A stretch of 63,736 nucleotides of DNA, counting the filler, from Phoronis australis (Eukaryota; Animalia; Phoronida): NCBI GenBank assembly GCA_002633005.1. It is 10 parts of 10 records of this genome, joined end to end, with 100 filler letters (N's around TTAATTAATTAA, not from the genome) between each part and the next. Parts side by side here need not be neighbours in the genome. Positions count along the whole stretch, not along the records: positions 6,075 to 28,450 come from NMRA01000488.1; positions 28,551 to 33,940 come from NMRA01000830.1; 8 more parts are not named here. One strand, given 5' to 3'. The notes under the pieces were generated by a model. The model was given only the letters and a program-made list of their open reading frames with translations. It ran no database searches and had not been told where the DNA came from. The stretch's first letter is position 1. Every line of letters starts with the position of its first letter. This document shows positions 22,906-33,940 of this stretch, piece by piece. Both the position numbers and the translations under genes were made by a program.

Positions 22906-23673
22906 CTAAACGAAAATCATGACAGAACGCATACTAAAGATGTGACAGAAATTATATGTCTTGTGCAGAACCAAAGTTAAGGAACGGTGGGTGTTGAATG
23001 GTTGTCATAATTAATTATACGAAAAATGAGCACGCATCTTATGCCATGTGTTATCAGTTAATTATGGTTCGTTTCATAAACCCTTATTTCTTTAAGATAA
23101 ATGTCACATCTTTCATACAATCTGCAGAGTACTCATTGTACTGAGTGTCCGAAGGTCTACTAAAAAACATCGATGTTTTGCATGCACTATAGTATAGAAA
23201 GTACACACCCGCCGAAAAAGAGCTATGCGCGTGTGGTTCATTGGTGGCATGGTTTTCAATTAACACAACTTCTACGCCCAAGAACAATATGTCGATTACT
23301 GAATTAATTATCTAAAAACGTCTGCACATATTTTGTACCCAAGAAAGCGCGACACGGAAAAAGTATGTTCAGGCAGTGTACAACATAATTCAAGAGAGAC
23401 AAAATAATACAAAACTAAAACATTCTAGTAGACATCAACTAAGGCCAAGAAAACCTATGCTCTGCAACCCTCGTCAACTTTAAAAAGTATGCCAATTCAG
23501 CAGCTGAGAATCGATGACTGGTCAGTGGGGAAAGGCCGCTCACTTTGAAAGAAGGAGTTTTCGTCAAATTAATTTTATCTCTCGGCAGACGTATTAGCAG
23601 GTAACGAAACCAACCATTCGGGGTGAAATGACCAAAAAACATAGGTTAGTATCCTTTAAAACAGCGCCACTAC

Positions 23674-23864
23674 CTCGATCACCATGTATAGAGATAAAGA
23701 GACGAGTCCGAAGTTGTAGAGGATGAGAAACCATTGCAGTCCAAATGGAGGACGCCGCTTCATATAAAGCGTGCCGAAGTAAATGAAAGCCAGGTAAAAC
23801 GCTGTCAGTATCCATACGTACAATGGCGAATTGTTTAGTAGAAGCCAGTTTCGTGTTCTTGGGT
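23674..23864 (-). CDS. ELOVL4: ELOVL4-like elongase, coding exon 2
   Basis: ttgcag...gtagtg, 191 nt. DPRTRNWLLLNNSP...YMKRRPPFGL...LYNFGLVSLSLYMVIE. Confidence 0.92.
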
Positions 23865-24665
23865 CTGCAATTAAAGTGCCATCGCATTGGTCGCTATTAA
23901 AAAATAACAAATGTGTAAACGCATTTTTTCTCAGATACTCAAGTACTCAAGTTCCACTTCAAACATGTAAATGTAGGCAGTGTCCTACATTATCTATTTA
24001 GTCAAGATCATTTTTGTTTCCCTCGCCACAGTCCCATTTCTCTGAGATTATAAATAAAATATTTTGTTCTATGCGGTGCATACACGACTTGTACACACGA
24101 AATTAACAGCAAAATGTAAACGTTAACTCAAAGTGGCTCAATCGGTGAGAAAGGTGAGTTTTTGAGTTTAGCCCGAAGACGGATAGGAACTCACGAAAAT
24201 TGTCAATTTGTAGTAAATTGCCAAAAACACAACGGATTTTGTAGCCCTGTTCAAAGATTACAGCTTCATGGAGTCTACCCTACTCAACAATAATCCCCTC
24301 CGACCCTGCAATATGTCCCTTCAAGATTGTTGAAATTGCTCCTCGTAAAAACTTACAGTGACCGAGCGCGTTCACAATTAAATTTTTACTTGCGCATACA
24401 AAATACATTCGGTTGAAGTATCCTCATGACACTGATAGTAATCCTTATTGGGTGTGTTGCGGTATGGGAAACGGATATCAAATTAAATTTAGATCATGAC
24501 ATGCGCACTGATGAGATTTAGCCCCACTCATGTACGTGTTGAACTTGCGACAAGGTGCTCTCGTGGAATATGTACCCATGGCCTTAGATTGAGGGTCCTG
24601 TTCTATAACTAAGCCAACATTTTAAAATGTTGGAGTAGTTACAGCAGCTCTAAAAACCTGCACAA

Positions 24666-24849
24666 AATCAAGGAGAGTCGTACACACCTTGCCATAATCA
24701 AGGAGAGTGGTACACACCTTGCCATAATCAAGGAGAGTGGTACACACCTTGCCATAATCAAGGAGAGTGGTACACACCTTGCCATAATCAAGGAGAGTGG
24801 TACACTCCTTGCCATAATCAAGGAGAGTGGTACACTCCTTGCCATAATC
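24666..24849. repeat. Minisatellite, 30-bp unit, ~6 copies
   Basis: AAGGAGAGTGGTACACACCTTGCCATAATC repeated. Confidence 0.95.
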
Positions 24850-25211
24850 TACTATCTGTCAAAAAAGCTTATTTTTCACTTAAACTTTTTCACCCCAAAA
24901 ACGGATGTCAACTTGTTCACAAGACATAGAAGAAACGATTACCAGGCATGGGATGAAATTGTGCTTTGTTGTTGTTCGAAATCTGGCTTAACACGGAGGG
25001 TCATTTTTATGCCAAACATGGACTAAAGAAAAACGAACAGAAAGTTTTCCATTCACGTTCGGAGTAGGGAACAAGTTGAGGCGTGAGCAGATATAACCAA
25101 ACTCTGGATTTCTCTGAAGGTGGGTTATTGCGACATTTAAGAGGATATTGCCATCGGGGAGTTTACGCCTATAATTCCTCTTGCAAGCCAGCCCCTTTGT
25201 GTAAGACGTAC

Positions 25212-25272
25212 CTGCATATGGTAAATTTTCCTGGTATTCCTTGTACAGATTTTCAGCCAGATGACGCACCAT
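25212..25272 (-). CDS. ELOVL4: ELOVL4-like elongase, coding exon 1
   Basis: ATG...MVRHLAENLYKEYQENLPYA-G|gtacgt. Splices in phase 1 to give the conserved ADPRT. The joined CDS is 822 nt (273 aa). Confidence 0.8.
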
Positions 25273-25655
25273 GTCTCCGAGTCTCTCTGGAATTCCAGAA
25301 AATTGTCATGAAAGAAGTCCTTCCAAATTGAGATTGCTTCCGTTTTTCACGCGATGGAAGACAAATTTAGAAAAATAGAGCTTACAGGCACTAAAATGCA
25401 GCTGCAACAATAAAATATGAGTGCATTTGAATTAGCATGCAAACTTGTTTAAATGATAACTAATGCTCAGACATCAGCATTAACCAATCACTAACCAAGA
25501 TTACTTGTTGCTAAATGCTGCTACTAATACTGTGACCTGCAATTATAACTAATATCCATAATGATTATACGACTACTGCTACTTATTTTCTATGATTGGC
25601 TAAAATGAGGTAAGAAAACCTCCAATCTATCCCACAACGCAGCCTGGAATATCAC

Positions 25656-26140
25656 TTTTTATCTCATACGCGTTGAATCTGTAGAGGGAAATACGGCCAT
25701 GTAATAAAATTTTCCGTATTCACATCCTGCACTACTTCAACAGTGGTAAGTCAATGTGGACTCGACGTCGTTCGCCGGTTCGATCACCAAACTTTCAGAA
25801 AATAGTTTAAAGTAATACAATTATAGCAGTGTAGATAACGCTCAACATACAATGAGGTCTCAGCTGTAACATCTGGAACAGGACTGTAGATTATATGACA
25901 GTTCTGTCCCAGTTTTCATTTGATAAATATTTTATCGTCTGCAACTCAGGCGTCGATTCATCGGTAAGTACAATATCAAGTATTGTTGTTATTTAACTAT
26001 TTTCAGATGTTACAAGTTCAATGAAAAGTTACCCTTGTTTTCCTCATAGTTATCTCTTTTCAAGTTATAAATCGTCACATTTAAAACTGTTTCTTTTACT
26101 AGAGAAAACTTGCAGCCTAACGCGCAAGTACATACATATA
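25656..26140 (+). repeat. Uninterrupted (empty-site) copy of the repeat split at 14461-14849 / 18368-18470
   Basis: Colinear similarity to both halves. Confidence 0.75.
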
Positions 26141-27062
26141 GGATGTGATCCGCCACGTAAACAGTCTGATTGAAGTATTTAAAAATCTGCGGAAAAATGA
26201 AAGAAACTTAGGAGTTCGAAGCGTATGGGATAAATACGGTCTCGGTCGATACGCGGAATAAAGTCTCGTGGAATATTACTTCGTGTACGCCACTCTCGGT
26301 ACGCTTTGTGTATTTGTTCATGGCGCCCGGATATCAGATGTCGCTGCTCGTGACCTGACCAATAAGACGCTACGAAAACCAGAAACACTGACAAAAAACC
26401 AAGCAGACGATTTCAATACATCATAGCAGTTTAGAACAAACTAATCTAAGAGACAAAAAGAAAATGAGCTTCAGTGATTGTGTAATAAAACAAACTGACC
26501 GATCCCTCGGGCGCATCAGCTCGTATAGATGACTGGAGAGCAATGTTGCCCTCAGTTCATAAGGAAGTCCACCAACATCTGCTCGATGAAGCAGAGATGG
26601 TGGGCTTTGTGGTTGATTTGCCAATCGCTGGTTATAATCGAAAGCTGGCGATGAAACCCGGAAGCTCAACAAATTCAGACTTACCTGCCATTAAACTGTG
26701 ATGTTCAGTGATCCTGTGCTTTTGCAATTAATTTGAACTCAACCATACCACCTGTGCAATTTTGTAATTGGGTACATATTGGTAGACAAATTACCTTAAG
26801 GCCAAAGTCCCAAGTGACATTTAATTGGCATATTTTAGACAAAAAATATAAGGAGTTCTGGCAATTTATTTATATCCAATCTATTATTCGCATGTAACTG
26901 TTTCCATACATATTGTTTAGTGGTGTACTTTGTTTTATCAATCAAAAAGCTTCATTGCAAGGTCATCTTAGTATGTTTGCGGAATCCATAGGAGACGTAT
27001 TGTCGATCAGTCCACACGACCTGATATACATGTAACTCTTGGATCTATTCATATTTATATAA

Positions 27063-27376
27063 CACCACCCTGCTAAGCCTCACAGAGCCACCCATCCATA
27101 TCTATACATCACCACCCTGCTAAGCCTCACAGAGCCACCCATCCATATCTATACATCACCACCCTGCTAAGCCTCACAGAGCCATACATCCATAGCTATA
27201 CAGCACCATCCTGCTAAGCCTCACAGAGCCACCCATCCATATCTATACATCACCACCCTGCTAAGCCTCACAGAGCCATACATCCATAGCTATACATCAC
27301 CACCCTGCTAAGCCTCACAGAGCCATACATCCATATCTATACATCACCACCCTGCTAAGCCTCACAGAGCCACCCA
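27063..27376. repeat. Minisatellite, 47-bp unit, ~6.5 copies
   Basis: CACCACCCTGCTAAGCCTCACAGAGCCACCCATCCATATCTATACAT repeated. Confidence 0.95.
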
Positions 27377-27479
27377 CTTGGGAACAATCTGAACACTCGG
27401 AGGGTATTTCGCGGAAATAACCCAAATAGGGCTGCCGGGTTATACTGGTAGTATGTGTTAAGAGATGAGAATATTGGAA

Positions 27480-28148
27480 ACCTCCACATGGAGACGGGAA
27501 TAATGTAAATGCACGCAAGACGTAAATTCCTATCAACATGTTGTATGTACAAATGTCTTATACGTTTTGTACCACCATACTTAAGTGTTAAGTTTATGAA
27601 CACCGCTCATTCCTACAGTACAAGGGCCTCACAGTCATTCAATTTCAATTTGCCGAAAACCAGAAATGAAACTGGTAAAAAATCACTTACTTACAGCGGG
27701 GCTTGTTTATGGCACACTCCCCCCCATGCCAATTCTGTATCATCCTTATATAAGAAATCAGAATTTACAAGTGTTCTGTGTAGCAAATATCATCTCCTCA
27801 ATATCCTCAGACCAACCTATGTATTTTATTCATCTATGTACATGATCTCTTGTACTTTTATTAACTACTATTAATCATAATTTATTTTTTATTTAATCAT
27901 GTTGTCTTGTACTTTTCCTATCTTCAATTCATTGTTTGTTTATTATTTATTTTGTTTCATCAGTCTAATTCCAAGTCAGTTTCATATTCATCATTTATCA
28001 TCTTTAAAAGTTTCGTCTTTCATCTTTGTAAGCCTGTGCGTCTCTTTGTCTTTGTATGTTTTTATTGAGGGTACCTATGGAAAGCAAAGGAAACTGATGC
28101 GGTTACCCTCATTCTAATATCACAATAAATAAATAAATAAATAAAAAA
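27480..28148 (+). mobile_element. 3' end of a CR1/L2-clade LINE
   Basis: ORF2 C-terminal-like MYKCL..VPPYL..HSYSTR..LPKTR..KKSLTYSGACLWH, a T-rich 3' UTR and a (TAAA)n tail. Confidence 0.7.
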
Positions 28149-28550
28149 CAGTTTCAACATACATTGTCTTTAAAGTTGAAAATAACAAAATAGAGAGAGA
28201 ATCCTGTGAATATTCAGACTCTATTTTATTCGAAGCTATAAAGTTAACATAGAGACTGGATCAAAATCAAACACCACAATCTGAGGAAGAAACCGTTAAG
28301 GCTTTACCATTTTGAAGGTAGCTACCACTTTCACAGAATAAATTACGAGGACTCATTTCTCCAACTGGGTAATGCCCTCAGTAGTGCCGGGGGTTTCCGG
28401 AAAAACAGAAAGAAAATTTTGAATCATAGGCGGATTTAGGGGGGGGGGGGNNNNNNNNNNNNNNNNNNNNNNNNNNNNNNNNNNNNNNNNNNNNTTAATT
28501 AATTAANNNNNNNNNNNNNNNNNNNNNNNNNNNNNNNNNNNNNNNNNNNN

Positions 28551-29277
28551 TCGACATCTGGATATATTTTTTATGTGACTGGATCAGTTGTCAGCTGGAG
28601 AAGCAAACGTCAATCATGTGTTGCTCTGTCATCAGCTGAAGCGGAGTATGTTGCCTTGGGGATGGCTGCGCAAGAAGCCATGTGGCTTTCCAAACTTGTG
28701 CTCGAGTTGAGTGGAATTCAAAAACCGGTGACTATTTTTGAGGATAACCAGGCAGCCATATCAATGTGTCACAATCGAAAATTTCATGGTCGTGCCAAAC
28801 AAAATCAAACATCACTTTATCCGTGATCTGGTCAGCACTGGTTCTATTGACTTAAAGTATTGTTGCAGTGCACTAATGATAGCAGACATGTTGACGAAGC
28901 CATTGCCAAGAGAAACATTTGAAAAACTCAGGGCCATGGCACGTGTTAGTTAAATATTAGTTTGTTAGTTGCTCAACGGTTAACATAAGTGAGGAGTGTT
29001 GGCATTTATTAGTTAACGTCTAGTGGATACTTTATTATACCTGCATTGAGGACTTTGAGAAAATCTTTTATTAGTTATGTTGGAACTTAAACACTAACAA
29101 CTGAGGAGTGTTGAAAATCATTTATTAGTTTAAGTTTCTTCTATGTTACATCGACCGCATTATTACGATTAGTTGTTTCGTTGTAGTTAGTCTCTTTTTT
29201 GGCACACTAGCTTGGGTCATTCTCACCACGTGTTGTGATTTCTTTTTTTTTGCAACCAAAAGTGATATATTTCAACA
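28551..29277 (+). mobile_element. Ty1/Copia 3' end: RNase H fragment, polypurine tract and 169-bp 3' LTR (29109-29277)
   Basis: VSWRSKRQSCVALSSAEAEYVAL, IFEDNQAAI, a frameshift, then HHFIRD..MIADMLTKPL. PPT GAGGAG precedes the LTR TGTTGAAA...TTTCAACA. Confidence 0.9.
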
Positions 29278-29499
29278 CCACTGACGTCGCTGCGTCGTTT
29301 CTCACCTTCCTCACGGGTTAACGCGACACCTCGCGGCAAGGTGAGGTCGACCGTATAAGAAGCGATGTAGATATAGACTGATTAAGACGGTAAAAAAGAC
29401 TAATTAAATCGGGTGGCATTCTCCTTTAAAGTCCTTGGTTCTCTCGACTGTACTTTTCTGCCCCTGCTATGAAATCAGTTCGATTTATATAAAGTTATT

Positions 29500-29900
29500 C
29501 ACGAAATTAATAACACATCAAACTAAGCTATTATTAATCGGCGTAAACGAGACACGTCTTCTATCAACTACTAGCGAATATTTAATTCCACACCAATATC
29601 CGCAATCATTTAGGAAAACTCCAATTATTGCTGGTTTGCTTTTATGGAATAGTTTACCACTGGAAGTGTTAAATCATTCTTAAACGTGATAGTCTCACTA
29701 CTAAATTATGTTTATTGCGTGAAAAAGAAGTCATGGGTAACCAATTGAGAGCGGGGTTGTACCTCACTTCAGAGAAGTTCTAACATAACTTTGCCAATTT
29801 GTCTTATAAATGTACCTGAGGTGTAATTAATAGTGATGCTCACTACTTGCTTTTATGCCCCATCTATAATGCTGAGCGTGAACAGCTCTTTCGCAACCTG
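29500..29900 (+). mobile_element. Highly degenerate LINE ORF2 C-terminal fragments
   Basis: GLLLWNSLP and DAHYLLLCPIYNAEREQLF resemble LINE ORF2 tail motifs. Confidence 0.4.
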
Positions 29901-31989
29901 CAATCCAACGATCATATGTGGTTACATTTTCAAAATCTGTCCTGCTCTATTACCGTATAAATTTGTTCTTGTCTTGTTTTCTTTACGTTTGGCATAGTTG
30001 CTCAATATTATGTTTTGTACGTCATTGGGTTATAGTTAAAAAGCTTGAATATAACAGTTTGCTCTTTAGTGTATTTAATGTATTGTCATTTATTTGTGTA
30101 GCAACAAAAAAGAAAACTCAACTTCCACTAAGGTGCTCCACAGAGGACCTGGTTAAACTAAATGTCGGTCACGCTCTCCAATATGAGATGAGCTATGTTG
30201 CACAGTAAAACACGACATGGGTTATCGAATAATGTATCATGGCGTTAGTATAAAAGGTAATACAACACAAGACTCTGTAAAATGGGCACAGAAAACAATA
30301 TTTTATGGCAGTATAAAAATACTTGCATGAACCATCCATTTGTCAACCTTGTTTCTATGTTAACCATTTGATTAATATGATCCCATACAACATTTCACAA
30401 CAATAGCATGAGACTTAAGAAACACTGAAATTCCACTGCTTTAAAATACCCGTCCAGTTTACAAATGAACTGTATATGGCACTGCAAATTTGACTACGGC
30501 AAATGTCATCATGTCGCCACAAAATAAAAAATAGGCTATTACAATGGGAATTAGGGTAATATCAGATTTGCACGTAATTTTTGAAGGAAAATGGAATCCC
30601 TTAAGAAATAATTTTGCTAAGTTGTTCAATGCAAAAACACACAAGCATATTATCGAATAAAAACGGGTACATGTAGCTGGAAAAACAATACAAAATGCAA
30701 ATTTCAAATAAAACAGCATGTTCAAGCTCTGTCCTTGATAAAGGTGTGCACAGTGCATAACGTCTGGCATATCCCAAGGTACTATGTGAACCATTCCTCT
30801 TGTGAAACATTTTGAGCTTGGAGGGGGCAACTACATGTAGTCTGCATAGTGACTTAGAATTTTACAGACAGTTGTAAATCATGGAAGCCATTCACAGACG
30901 ACAGGCCTTTTGAAATTGGCTTGCAAAGTTAATGAAAGCAGTTGTTTGTGAATCCTGTTCTTTGTCATACAGGTGTTCCAGTTGAACTGTGTAACTAAAC
31001 ACAGCTTAAAAAGTACCCTGACTCAGAGGCTAATTGTTTGATTTCCCATTTGGATTATGAATAGCTGAGCCCAAATTGAAATGAGTGTAAATTATGCATG
31101 GAAAGTGTGCAAAAACAACAACCAGGAGGAGACAAAACTGGCACGTTCTCACTCTCATTGTTTGATTGTAGACTAGCTTTGATATCGCTTCGCAGTTAGC
31201 GCATAAAAAACCAGTGAGAAACTTGTGAAATCAATCTGCTACCTAGCCCTTAAAATTTTAATACAAGTAATAAATCTGATTAACACAAAATAGCAAAGCT
31301 TTTAAAAATATCAGATATAATACAGCACATTAACATAATCTAAGATCTGTGTAAACTGACACTCACACAAACATGCACCTAAAAATTTTTTTGATTGTAT
31401 AGAAATTTAAACAATACATCCACAACATTGTAATGGCCACTTGGGTGGAGATAAGTGTGTTCAGTTCATAACACCTTTATAGTTTTAGGTGGACTTTCTG
31501 GCCAGAATTCCAAAAACTGTTTGTAATCAATCAAACAAGATTTTTAATTTTTGCGGTATATTTTCACCTTGGAAACAATTATGAAGAGCTAAGACACTTT
31601 ACAAAGTCCATTAGGTCAATATTTAATTAAGAACAAGAATATTCAATCAAGGAATGTTCCTCATATCAGTGCTTTACATACACAAGTTCACAGTTATAGT
31701 ACCTTAGGGCAAGAGCTATTGCCAAGAAATAAACAACCCCACAAAACAATTTTTCAGAAATAGCTCCTTTCCTTTTCTTTGTAAAATGTTGAAACACACA
31801 CTTCTCCTTTCAAACTACAATATAATTTCATAAAGTGATGTTATTTATGATAAATGCGATACATAATAACTATAAAAATAAAAATGCAGCAAACAAAAAT
31901 ACAAGGTAAAAGCACAGAGTCAAGAATAACAACTTATAACCTTCACTTTGTGGTTTGCACAAAGAAGATCACAAGATATTCTTAGTTGG

Positions 31990-32064
31990 TTAGGGGATGT
32001 TGGAATAAGCTTGACGACTCTCAATGAACTTCAAGGCAGTATCATGGATCATTTTGTACTGGAG
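31990..32064 (-). CDS. Receptor-type protein tyrosine phosphatase, terminal coding exon
   Basis: tttcag|LQYKMIHDTALKFIESRQAYSNIP*; QY motif and C-terminal YSN, followed by a long AT-rich 3' UTR-like region. Confidence 0.8.
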   Translation of the reverse strand, partial: LQYKMIHDTALKFIESRQAYSNIP

Positions 32065-32182
32065 CTGAAATAAAAATATAAAGCACATAATATAAATTAG
32101 CCATATGAACCTCTTACTCAGGTACCAATATTGCTTGACAACTTAAAGTGAACCACTTCAATATCATGTTACGCTTTAGTAC

Positions 32183-32700
32183 GGGTTCAACAGTATGGAA
32201 TCAACAGTATGGCTTCATGTAGTATGGAATCAACAGTATGGCTTCAACAGTGTGGGTTCAACAGTATGGGTTCAACGGTATGAAATCAATAGTATTGAAT
32301 CATCAGTATGGGTTCAACAGCATAGGTTCAACAGTATGGGTTCAACAGCATAGGTTCAACGGTATGAAATCAACAGTATGAAATCAACAGTATGGAATCA
32401 ACGGTATGGAATCAACAGTATGGGTTCAACAGTGAGGGTTCAACAGTATGGGTTCAAGGGTATGAAATCAATAGTATTGAATCACCAGTATGGGTTCAAC
32501 AGCATAGGTTCAACAGTATGGGTTCAACAGCATAGGTTCAACGGTATGAAATCAACAGTATGAAATCAACAGTATGGAATCAACAGTATGGAATCAACAG
32601 TATGGAATCAACAGTATGGAATCAACAGTATGGGTTCAACAGTATGGGTTCAACAGTATGGAATCAACAGTACAGGTTCAACAGTATGGGTTCAACAGTA
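32183..32700. repeat. Degenerate 14-bp tandem repeat in the last PTP intron
   Basis: TCAACAGTATGG(AA/GT) units, with a higher-order duplicated block. Confidence 0.95.
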
Positions 32701-32737
32701 TTCAAAGAATCAAACTGGAAATACTGCTGATACTCAC

Positions 32738-32873
32738 AACTGAGCTGATGCATTGTGGTCGAAACTGCCGGATGTATTTCACAGCTTTGAACACATCAAT
32801 TTCTTGTTCCAGCTGAATTTGTTCGCAAGTTATGACTAAAGCCACATACAAACCACTTCTTTCTGCACCATTT
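32738..32873 (-). CDS. Receptor-type protein tyrosine phosphatase, penultimate exon (D2 domain)
   Basis: ttccag...gtgagt, 136 nt, phase 2 to 0. NGAERSGLYVAL..CEQIQLEQEIDVFKAVKYIRQFRPQCI matches the PTP D2 pattern (HC)xNGxxRSG...DVFxxVKxxRxxRP. Confidence 0.85.
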
Positions 32874-33187
32874 CTGGAAAAAATGCCAAATAAATAGAAA
32901 GCGTATATTAGCTGTTACAGGTGTCATCAGGTGCTCCTCCATTCAAAGCTGTATTTTTGAGGGAATCAGATCAGAGAGATAATTGCTCCAATGTGGGGTT
33001 AGGCACACAAGCAGTGAGACTTCTTTATGTCTCAGGAAGAGGTTGTGGTTAACCGATTTTTGTCTTTCAAAAACAGAAAAGGCCCAACTTTTAATGATGG
33101 ATTCAATTTTTATAAACAAGTGTCAAAAATGACCTGCAGTGCATAAAACTGTTTGTTTAATTGGCATCAAGGCTTCCACTGGCACCA

Positions 33188-33355
33188 GCTGATCCCAAAA
33201 CACAAGATGAGAATCCAGGAACTGTTGTAGCTAGCCAGCTATGTGCTGATCCCAAAACACAAGATGAGAATCCAGGAACTGTTGTAGCTAGCCAGCTATG
33301 TGCTGATCCCAAAACACAAGATGAGAACCCAGGAACTGTTGTAGCTAGCCAGCTA
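33188..33355. repeat. Minisatellite, 57-bp unit, 3 copies
   Basis: GCTGATCCCAAAACACAAGATGAGAATCC... at 33188, 33245 and 33302. Confidence 0.95.
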
Positions 33356-33807
33356 AATACCAAACCAGTTAGAAGCGTTCAAATGTGAGGGTTGAGAACT
33401 GAGATGTACCTGTTACAGTACTACTGCTCACTTATTATACAATTATATAACAAACAAGTGAATTATTTGACAAATTTTTCAACACAAATCAAGATTTAGA
33501 AAATGTTTGCATATTCCTCATTAGCATGCAACAATTTTATCAACCTCTGGAAAATAGAAAAGTGACAATTTTGGGAAATACTTTCGTGCAAATTACAAGA
33601 ATTACTGTAGTATGAAAGGCAAACTGTTGCAAAGTGTTTAGAAAAGAGATGTACTCATTTACACAATGATAAGATTAGACACTCCTCTCTGGGTAAATGC
33701 TAGATATTTTGAAGTAAGGGATTTGGCAATGGAAATGCAAGAAAAATTATGACAAGAATTCTGCAGATACCCCAAAGCATGTTGAGATTCAGAAATGTTT
33801 GAAGTAC

Positions 33808-33940
33808 CTAAAGAACATGTCTTGAGTGTATGGGGAGATCCTAAAGAACATGTCTTGAGTGTATGGGGAGATCCTAAAGAACATGTCTTGAGTGTATGGG
33901 GAGATCCTAAAGAACATGTCTTGAGTGTATGGGGAGATCC
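33808..33940. repeat. Minisatellite, 33-bp unit, at least 4 copies running into a gap
   Basis: CCTAAAGAACATGTCTTGAGTGTATGGGGAGAT repeated. Confidence 0.95.

Noticed and set aside
24195-24269. Alternative ELOVL first exon ending at a gtgagt donor
   Set aside because: The nearby ATG is followed by a stop, and the join would give HPR instead of the conserved ADPR obtained with 25212-25272.
24639-24845. Repetitive peptides (MARSVPLSLI)n, (ADPKTQDENPGTVVASQLC)n, (PKEHVLSVWGD)n and the STVWNQQYG ORFs
   Set aside because: Translations of intronic or intergenic minisatellites, with no splice or codon evidence for coding.
27063-27376. CRISPR-like appearance of the tandem arrays
   Set aside because: Units repeat head-to-tail without unique spacers, there are no cas genes, and the context is eukaryotic.
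33131-33160. MHCR on the minus strand as the missing PTP catalytic-motif exon
   Set aside because: In-frame stop a few codons upstream, a weak donor and no PTP similarity.
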